Below, one piece after another: positions 54,740-64,000 of a DNA stretch of 64,000 nt. The stretch comes from Octopus vulgaris. Taxonomy: Eukaryota. Positions within the stretch are counted from its first letter, which is position 1, and the number at the start of each line of letters is the position of its first letter. The stretch is taken from the NCBI GenBank assembly GCA_951406725.2, contig OX597838.1, positions 45,260,001-45,324,000 on the forward strand, read 5' to 3'. The position numbers and the translations under genes are program-made. Under the pieces are notes generated by a model. It was not told the origin of the DNA and searched no databases. It saw nothing but the letters and a program-made list of their open reading frames with translations.

Positions 54740-55999
54740 AGATAGATAGATATCACATATATACACATATTTGTATGCATATGTATATCTATGTATATAT
54801 ATGTGTGTGTATATAGATATTATATACATATACATATATGCATATATATATATATATATATATATATAAGTTTATATATATATGTATATATATATACACA
54901 CATATATATGTATAAATATATGTATATGTATATGCATATCTATATACATACATATAGATATATACATATGCATACGTATATGTGTATATATCTGATTCTA
55001 TATGTATATGAATGATTTGGTATAAATTTATATATGTGCGTGTGTGTATGTGTGTACGTTTGTGAGTTTTTTAAAATACACAGACAGAAAGAGATAACTA
55101 CCAAAAAGTATACATATACATACATACATACATATATATATATATATACACATACATATATATATACATTTATGAATATATATACATTTATGTATATATA
55201 TACATATATATACATTTATGAATATACATATATATATATACACACACACATATATATATGTACATTTATATATATATGTGTGTGTGTGTGTAATTATATA
55301 TATATATATTATATATATGTGAGTGTGTATGCATATACACGCACGAACATAGATATATTGTGCGTATATGAAAAATATACTATAAGCATATATACCCATA
55401 CATAGACATATATTTACATTTTTTTTTTCTATTTACAAACTAGATTTCTTAAATGCGCTCACTTGCGTTCACACATGTATATACATACATCTTTACATAC
55501 ATGCATAAATATATATGCATATATATATGTGTGTGTGTATAAATATATACAAGATACATACATACAATCATACGTGCATACACATATATAAACGTAACTA
55601 CGTATATGTAGATATAAATGTGTGTTTTTATCTATGTATGTATATATATTTGTGTGTATGTATGTTTGTCATAGAGAAGGGAAGAAAATGGACGTTAAAT
55701 TCACAGAAGCTCTTAATTTTGAATAAACAGTCCCAAAGCGAAAAGTACGTTTCCTCGTTGTCTTGAAGAATACCTGTGATGGCGTCATTACGCAGACAAA
55801 TAACCACGTACCAGTAACTTACAATGAGAAAAGAATTTACGCTAATTGTTAAGGATTTTACCATTTGGGGGTTGAAGGTGAAGATTTTGCCATAAAATTT
55901 CTTCAGCACGGAAGAAATAAAATTTCGTTTAGCAGCAGCTGGATTTTTCCTTTTTAAGTCCACTAGGACGTAGTTGTCTCTGTGTGTATGAGTATGAGG

Positions 56000-56106
<107 letters not shown>

Positions 56107-56119
56107 CCCATATATATAA

Positions 56120-56164
<45 letters not shown>

Positions 56165-56283
56165 TATATATATACACATATATATATATATACACACATA
56201 CATATATATACATATATATATATACACCTATATATACATATATATATATATGCATATATTATATATATTTATACATGCATATG

Positions 56284-56333
<50 letters not shown>

Positions 56334-56335
<2 letters not shown>

Positions 56336-56419
56336 CTTTGATACTTTGATACTTTGATAGGTTTCGGCCATTATTGGCCCAGGCCATGTCTAACTTAATA
56401 GCACCACCTGGTGCTATTA
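56334..56419 (-). mobile_element. Extreme 3' fragment of the CR1-type LINE with (ATCAAAGT)n tail
   Basis: CAGGTGGTGCTATTAAGTTAGACATGGCCTGG shared with 10140-10171; (TA)n flanks. Confidence 0.8.
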
Positions 56420-56993
56420 TATATATATATATATATATATACACGTATCTATATCTGCAAGCACATATATATTTGTATTCGTGTATACGTTTATGTGGAT
56501 ATGTTGTGTGTCTGTGGTTGTGCACCGAATAATATGTTTCTGTAGATGAACGTTTGTTTATATACCTTTGTGTGAGTCTATACATTCTGCATCTATCGAT
56601 GAGTATTTCTATATTTTTCCAGCCCAATAATTAAAGGTGACTTTAGCTTTCGCAGCAATTTAGTTTTTCTTCTATTTCTCTTTTGTATTTCCCTCTGCGT
56701 TTCTGTATATTTAATGACCAACCGAACACTTGATGATAAAGACGGTAATGTATTGGTATGGACAGAAAATATATAGTATTTTACTTCGGTGGAACCGTTT
56801 AAATAGCATTTTGCATCGTTGGTAAGACATGTGAGTCAGTCGAGAACATTCCAAAGTCTGAGAAACCAGTTATTTCATTATTGTTCTCTTAATATTTACA
56901 GCGCTGTTATTCACCCAACTTTTGCTTTTGTGAGTGCATATTTATATGCATGTGTGTGTGTGTGTGTATCTATACCTCTCTCTCTCCCTCTTA

Positions 56994-57040
<47 letters not shown>

Positions 57041-57292
57041 TATATATATAAACGCGCAGGAGTGGTTGTGTGGTAAGAAACTGAAGCTTGCTTGCAGACA
57101 AATATGGTCTCGAGTTCAGTCCCACTGAGTGACACCTTGGACATGTATCCACTACCATAACCTCGGGACGACCAAAGCCTTGTATCTGGATTTGCTGGAC
57201 GGAAACTCAAAGAAGCCCATCGTATAAATATATGTCTCTATCTTGTATCACCTAACTGTCTGGATGTTTTGCGTACTTGTCCCATTTTGTAA

Positions 57293-57339
<47 letters not shown>

Positions 57340-57341
<2 letters not shown>

Positions 57342-58335
57342 GAGACTGTGCAGTAAATGATAATTAGATGGGGTAATGTCCGGCGAATACGGTGGGTTGG
57401 GCATCGTTTTCCTTCAAACTGCTCAAGCCTTTGGAATGTCATCCTCGCTGTACGTGGTCGAGAATTATCGTGTTGGAAGAACACCTTTCGTCTTGAAAAC
57501 AAAGATGGTCGTTTTTCTTCTAGCGCTGACTTAAACCGCTCAAGCTCTCCGCAGTAGATCTTCTTTGTTATAGTTTGGTTTGGGTTCAAAGGGTTGAAAG
57601 TTTACTAAACCTTTCATATCCCACCAAACAGATAACATCTTATGTGTGTGAAGACCTTCTTTAACCTGGGTGCCGTCATTTCTCCTATCCCAACCCACGG
57701 TCTTCGGTGCTTGATATTTTTATAGAGAACCCATTTCTCGTCACCAGTCACTAATCGGCCCCCAAAAGTTTCATCCGTGAGACCTGATAGCAAAGAAGAG
57801 CATACATTCACTCTTTGCACGTGATTAGACTCGGAACGTCTGTGCGGAATTCATTGACCCAATTTGATGACTTTTCCGATGGGATGCAGGTGTCGATGAA
57901 TGGTTTAATGACCAAATCCAAGTTTTTCTGCTATTTCTCAGCAGTTACAATGGGATTTTGTTCCACCAGGATTTGCATGGACGAGGCTCGTCATCTACGA
58001 TATTATTTGCCGGCTCGGAATTTCCGGAAACACCGTTGAGACTGGCCGATCTCCATACACTGGATTCATATTCCTCGTAGTTTCTGTTGAATTGTTGCCT
58101 TTATAGAACTCATAAAGCAAAATATGCCAAATATGCTCCTTTGTCACTTCCATTATAGCTTTGAGAAAATAACTTAAAATTGAACTGCACTCATGAAAGC
58201 TTGCACTAAGAGTAATTTCAAGGTAAAATTACTGCCAGCTTTTATAGCAAGTTGATGCAGGTAGTTTATCCCGTCCCCCTCCGACTTTTAGTTCATGCAA
58301 TTGAAAAAGGCACACTATTTATGGGATGACCCAAC
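57340..58335 (-). mobile_element. Decayed mariner DNA transposon (transposase pseudogene)
   Basis: LVTGDEKWVLYKN, FFQHDNSRPRTARMT, and a frameshifted PxPPYSPD motif near 57375-57400; TIR-like TTGGGTCATCCCATAAATAGTG at about 58311-58333. Confidence 0.85.
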
Positions 58336-58981
58336 ATGTATATGTGTGTGTATGTATGTTTGTGCGCGTGTGAGTGTGTGTGCGTGTGTGTGTATGTACG
58401 TGTGTGTGTATGTGCGTGTGTGTGCGTGTGTGTATCCCATAGTTTCGGTTTGTTTACATCACCGTAACTTAGCTGTTCGCCAAAACAACCGATATAATAA
58501 GTACCAGGCTTTAAAACACACTCCTGGAGCTGATTCACTCCACTAAGGATTCATACAGTCGGTTCTCCAGCATGACCCCAGTCTAATGATTGAAACAATT
58601 GGAATTACTATGTTGGATAGATTCGAGCCAGATTCTTCTTCCTCCACGTTACCATGACCACTAATGGCTACTCAAAGACTTATGTCAAGTCGCTCAATTT
58701 GCTAGAAATAACAATAACGACTTCCTTCGAATCATACCCTACCGTCTTAAGTATCTTTTATCTCCTACCTTTTATTTTTTACAAACACAGTCACCAGAGT
58801 GCAGCCTTACGGGACAAACTCCTTCAAGAGATTTTTAGTCAAATTATTTTTGTTTCATTTTTCTTTCTTTTTTTTGTTTTGTAAGTTTGGCAATTATTTT
58901 ATCTCGCTCTTCTGCCCAACCAACACCTTGCGGGAGCGTAAATAAATGCCACTCTTCAAAAGGCGGGACTACAGACCCATG

Positions 58982-59062
<81 letters not shown>

Positions 59063-59778
59063 CTCTCTCATTCACTCACTCTCTTACAAACACAAGCGCG
59101 CGCATGTATGTACACAAAGGGTTTCTCTCACTTCCTGTCTGCCATATCCAGTCACAAGTACCATATCCACTCGCAAGGCTTTAGTCGGCCCGGGTCTACA
59201 GTAGAAGACACTTGCACAAGGTGCTACGCTGTAGGACTGAACCCGAAATCATGTGATTAGGAAGTAAACAGAAAAACAGAAAATACATTAGACGATATGG
59301 TCATTTTACATACCTCCAGGCGCTGGACTGGATGGCAAGGATTATAATGCTTCTTTTTTTATTGTAGGCCTACTAGATCAGTTAAACAATAAAAACAGCA
59401 ACAACGAAGACGAAACCACGATGAAGATATTGGCTTTGCATTAAAGTAAAAAAAGACAAGAAAAGCACTCAATACTTGTGTTAGCTTAGTCGCAAGGTCC
59501 CTTGAGGATACTACTCGTCGTGAAGACTTGCAACTTTTCTAGGTTGCTTTAAAGCGCAACAGTGTGAGTGTACATAGCGGTAAGAGAATAAAATCTCAAA
59601 TCTCAAAGCGAGGAAACGTGATGAAGTTGATTGAGTCATTTACACCTTTTTTTCTGTTGTGTGTGAGAAATATCGAAAATCTCTCTCCGGAGTTGTTAAA
59701 AACGTTAATTAAAGTTGGTCAACGCCAGAAGAATAACAACACGGCCAATCTATTTAGCGTAATACATTTGTGTGTACA

Positions 59779-60157
59779 AGGCGGCGAGCTGGTAGAATTG
59801 TTAGCACACCGGGCGAAATGCTTAACGGGATTTCGTCTGTCGCTACGTTCTCAGTTCAAATTCCGCCGAGGTCGACTTTGCCTTTCATCCTTTCGGGGTC
59901 GATTAAATAAGTACCAGTTACGCACTGGTGTCGATATAATCGACTTAATCCGTTCGTCTGTCCTTGTTTGTCCTCTCTGTGTTTAGCCTCTTGTGGGTAG
60001 TAAAGAAATAGGTATTTCGTCTGCCGTTACGTTCTGAGTTCAAATTCCCCCGAGGTTGACTTTGCCTTTCCTTAAGTACCAGTTGTGTACTGGGGAACGA
60101 TCTAATCGACTAGCCCCTCCCCCAAAATTTCAGGCCTTGTGCCTAGAGTAGAAAAGA
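59779..60157 (+). mobile_element. SINE family B, full head plus partial tandem second unit
   Basis: GGCGGCGAGCTGGTAGAATTGTTAGCAC... with the core repeated at about 60010-60157. Confidence 0.8.
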
Positions 60158-60347
60158 ATTTATTGGTGTGAATGTGTATATACCTTGACACTGTGTGGAC
60201 TGAGGTCCTCGTCCACAGGCTGCTGATATTAATGAAGTGTGAAACACTTACTGTATGATAATTAGGAAGTCCAGTCCTTGGTAACAACAGGATATGTAAG
60301 CAGACACGCTACTTGTTTCTCTGGGATCGGTCAAATTGATGGAGACA

Positions 60348-60388
60348 TCTCTGATGAGAATACAATGAGTTTCCAAAATCGATTAAGA
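60348..60388 (+). ncRNA. Degenerate minimal hammerhead (G12 to C)
   Basis: TCT-CTGATGA-GAA-tacaatgagt-TTC-CAAA-ATCGAT-TA-AGA; palindromic stem III. Confidence 0.5.
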
Positions 60389-60972
60389 CTGTTCATTCTT
60401 TCAGTCTACGGGGAAATAGTCTAAATATACCGTTAATATATCTACTACGTCACACACACGCGCGCACACACACACACACAGACACAGACACACACACATG
60501 CACACATAGACACGCACGCATACACACACAGAGAGCCTCACATTTATGAATATATATGCATTACATATATGTATATATATATATATATATATATACACGT
60601 GTGTGTGTGTGTGTATGTGTGTGTGTATGCCCATGTATATAAATATGTGTGTGCGTGTGTGAGAGAGAGAGAGAACATTTTTTATAAACAAACTTAGATG
60701 CGCCAAGTGGGCTGGTATCTTACAGAATATAAAGTAAATCTCCAATTGGGGACAGATGTGAAAACAGATTAGAGAATTGGGTAAATACCCCTAGAAGACA
60801 GGAAAAAGTTGCCAACAAGCCTCTACAGAGAATCGAATCCTGCACTTCACAGATACCGGCAGAGCGCTCTCTACCATTAGGAAGTATTTGTTTCTTTCCC
60901 AACTTGAAATGCGACAGAACTCTCTTTCCAGACAAATATATTTTTTCACACACACACATATATAAGGAAACG

Positions 60973-61029
<57 letters not shown>

Positions 61030-61060
61030 GTTTGAAAAATTTAAAAGAATGACATCACTG

Positions 61061-61185
61061 GTAGTTCTAATCAACCTAATTTATTATTTTTTAATTTTTA
61101 ATGATATAAATTTCAGTTCAAATCTTTATGAACTAAAATTTATATCATTAAAAAATCAAGTAATAAATTAACTGATTAGAACTAC
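61061..61185. repeat. Imperfect hairpin (~58-bp arms) in a (TA)n-flanked insert
   Basis: GTAGTTCTAATCA...TTTTTAATGATATAAATTTCAGTTCA / TGAACTAAAATTTATATCATTAAAAA...TGATTAGAACTAC. Confidence 0.85.
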
Positions 61186-61250
61186 TTGGGAAGGTCGTTC
61201 CTTTTCTTTTTCAAACTTACCTAACTGTACCAAGGATCTCACACATTTTC

Positions 61251-61319
<69 letters not shown>

Positions 61320-61406
61320 AGAGTTCACGAAAACAAAAACAAAAGACACAGGTGGTGTACAAAACAAACTGATGTATTAGTATAACGCTCAGGAATAGAA
61401 AAAGTA

Positions 61407-61440
61407 TTTTACGTTTCGAGCCTACGCTCTTCTACAGAAA
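61407..61440 (-). ncRNA. Minimal hammerhead variant (CUGUAGA core)
   Basis: TTT-CTGTAGA-A-GAGC-gtag-GCTC-GAAA-CG-TA-AAA inside a (TA)n-flanked ~200-bp insert (61318-61520). Confidence 0.6.
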
Positions 61441-62664
61441 GGGACACAGAAAAAAAAACAAAGAGAGACTCAAGGAGTGAAAAAAATGTGTGTAGTCGCT
61501 ACCGATCTATCATGGCGACTATATATATATGCGTGGGGGTGGGAGTGGGATGTGTTTGTGTGTGTGCGCGCGCTCGCGCGTGTGTATTCCCTAGCATGGC
61601 CGTAGTCCAATAACTGAAACAAATGAAACAAAAATATAAGCGATGACGTCTCTGTGTCGCTATCGGACCTGCTAGAAATGGTACCTAAATTCCCCTCGAA
61701 TCTCTACACTATAACCTTAAAGATACAAATTACTGTTAACTATTATAGTTATATGGCTGCCAAAATGACAGTGAGGTCACAACTGGAATTTCTTTGGACG
61801 TACCCGTAACTTAGTCCTTCGACAAAAAGAAACCGATGTTGTAAGTAACAGAAAAGAAGTATTTATGTCGATTTGTTCGACTAAAATTCTTCAAAGCGGT
61901 GCCCCAGCATGGCCGCAATCTAATGACAGAAACAGATCTATGCGACTAGAGATAAGCCTGGGGTTAATCAAGGCTTTCCATACACTGCAACTGATACCAT
62001 TGACACCACCAGCGACAGACAACACAGCCGCCTGTATCATCAACTATTTATCAACGCAAATCACCAATACAAATCATTATTACCACCACCACCACCACCA
62101 CCACCACCACCTCCAACGACAACAACAACAACAACAACATTCTATGTTTCGTTGACACATTTTTAAGGGTTGCTGCGCAGCTGTAATATAATATGTGTAT
62201 CACGTCTGAAAGAAGAAGAAGAAGAAGAAGAAGAAGAAGAAGAAGAAGAAGAAGAAGAAGAAGAAGAAGAAGAAGAAGAAGAAGAAGAAGAAGAAGAAGA
62301 AGAACAAGAACAAGAAGAAGAACAAGAAGAACAAGAAGAAGGAAAAAAATCAATTTATTAAGATCGATTATTGTCATAGACATTATTTGAAGCTAAATTT
62401 TTACCTGCCCCGAATCTTTTACCGACAGAACAAATTCGCTGTCATGTTTCTAAATTGCTCAAGTTATCAATTGCACTTTGTAATTACCAAGGCGCGAGAT
62501 TCATTTCGTCTTGTCTGACACTAATTAGGTACCATCACGTGGTGCCATCACGTGGTGCCACCACATGCAACAAATTGTAAACATTTCACACTAAAATTAA
62601 ATAAACTGCATCCGAAAAGGAAAAAGTAAAAGTGAAAAACATACAGGTAAGCATACCTGCTACC

Positions 62665-63127
62665 TTTTATCTTTTTCCGTTACTTGTTTCAGTAATTACA
62701 CTGCGGCCATGCTGTGGCATCACCTTCACGAGTCTTTTAAACAGCAGCACTTCTTTTCTTTTTATTCTGCTAAGTTACAGCGACGTAAGCAAACCAACAC
62801 CACTTGACGAGATGTGATCGGGTAAAAACAGACACACACACACACACACATATATATACACACACACACACAAACACACACACACTCATACACACACATA
62901 TACACACACACACAAACACACACACACATTCACACACATACACACACACACACACATATATATATATCGACGACGGAGTCCTTTCAGCTTCCGGCTAGCA
63001 AATCTACTCACAAGGCCCTGGTTGGCTCTAGGCTATAATACAAGTCACTTGCACAAGGTGCCATGCAGTGAGATTGAACCCGGAACTATGTGGTTGGGAA
63101 ACAAACACCTTATTAGACAGCCTTGCC
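62665..63127 (-). mobile_element. Decayed SINE family A
   Basis: Tail TACTTGTTTCAGT...GCGGCCATGCTG and head similarity; further fragments at about 57053, 59130 and 63635. Confidence 0.7.
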
Positions 63128-63311
63128 TCAGTCTATCAGTTTTTTGTTGTTGACGTCACCAAAATGAACGGCATTATCCTTAAAGGCGTGAAACTGTAAT
63201 GATTTTTGGACGACAACTGACACAGAAAGAGCATATCCATGTCTTGTGTGTAAATGTTCCCTTTCTTCTTTTGTCGTCATTCTATTCAATTTATGAATAT
63301 ATAATATATAA

Positions 63312-63373
<62 letters not shown>

Positions 63374-63377
<4 letters not shown>

Positions 63378-63615
63378 TTTCTGTATTTGGTTTGCAAGAT
63401 ACTTTAGGTGAATTCGTGTGTTGCAGCATAATTTATTGGGTCTGGTGAGAGTCCTTTTTTAGAACTCACCGGACTGATTTCCGCTCATTTACTTATTTAT
63501 TTATTTATTTATTTATTCATGTTTACTATAAATAAATAAATGAGTAGAAATCAGACCGGTGTGTGTGTTAAATAACTAAGACACTAAAAGAAAATTACTC
63601 TCCCCAGACACAATA
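63374..63615. repeat. Fold-back insert of a repeat family also seen at about 40105-40226
   Basis: CACCGGACTGATTTCCGCTCATTT / AAATGAGTAGAAATCAGACCGGTG; ACTCTCCCCAGACACAA shared with 40148-40164. Confidence 0.7.
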
Positions 63616-63807
63616 ATATATATAAATATATACACCAATCACATGATTCCGGGTTCAATCCCACTGCGTGGCTCCTTGGGCAAGTGTCTTCTACTATAGC
63701 CCCGGGCTGGCCAAATCCTTGGGAGTGGATTTGGTAGACGCAAGCAGAAAGAAGTCCGTCGTATATATATATACATGTGTGTGTGTAAGGAAAACAATTT
63801 TCGAAAA

Positions 63808-64000
63808 ATTAAAAGAAAAGTTTTTTAAAAGAATATTTGTATAAGTATTCAAATACAAGGGCTGCCTTGTTGCTGCCTGTCTCTGTCTCTCTCGCTTACT
63901 CTTGTGTAAACAAGAGAGACAGGATCAGGCAGAAACAAAGAATATGCCCCTTGTATTTGAATACTTATACAAATATTCTTTTAAAAACTTATCTTTTAAT
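63808..64000. repeat. Inverted repeat related to the PLE pLTR at about 2060-2160 (runs off window end)
   Basis: ATTAAAAGAAAAGTTTTTTAAAAGAATATTTGTATAAGTATTCAAATACAAGGG mirrored at 63948-64000; similar to AATTAGAAGAAAAGTTTTTTTAAAAGAATATTTCTATAG at about 2071. Confidence 0.8.

Noticed and set aside
62528-62565. 13-bp tandem repeat containing CACGTG E-boxes
   Set aside because: Fewer than three units; most simply a local slippage duplication.

Overview
AT-rich, repeat-saturated animal genomic DNA with no recognisable host protein-coding gene, rRNA, true tRNA or CRISPR. The SINE families and the dense (TA)n/(GATA)n/(TAA)n microsatellites suggest an octopus-like cephalopod genome (inference). Nearly all real coding capacity belongs to retrotransposons: Penelope-like elements (PLEs; 1-3450 and 50715-53240), two CR1-type LINEs (4348-6675, 7661-10220), a Dong/R4-type RLE LINE in (TAA)n (13680-17040), Tx1/L1-type LINEs (26273-28556, 44911-47563), an RTE tail and a decayed mariner (57340-58335). 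Most short ORFs in the track are microsatellite artefacts. Main observations: (1) about 11 hammerhead-ribozyme (HHR) motifs, found by eye, in several unrelated short elements, including divergent pairs inside long inverted repeats; (2) a tRNA-headed SINE whose tail carries a PLE-type HHR; (3) a canonical U_UUU_UUA -1 frameshift site joining a coiled-coil ORF1 to the PLE reverse transcriptase; (4) apparent partitioning of microsatellite targets among LINE clades; (5) recurrent fold-back duplications at LINE 5' truncation points. All structures were read manually; no folding, alignment or database search was run.
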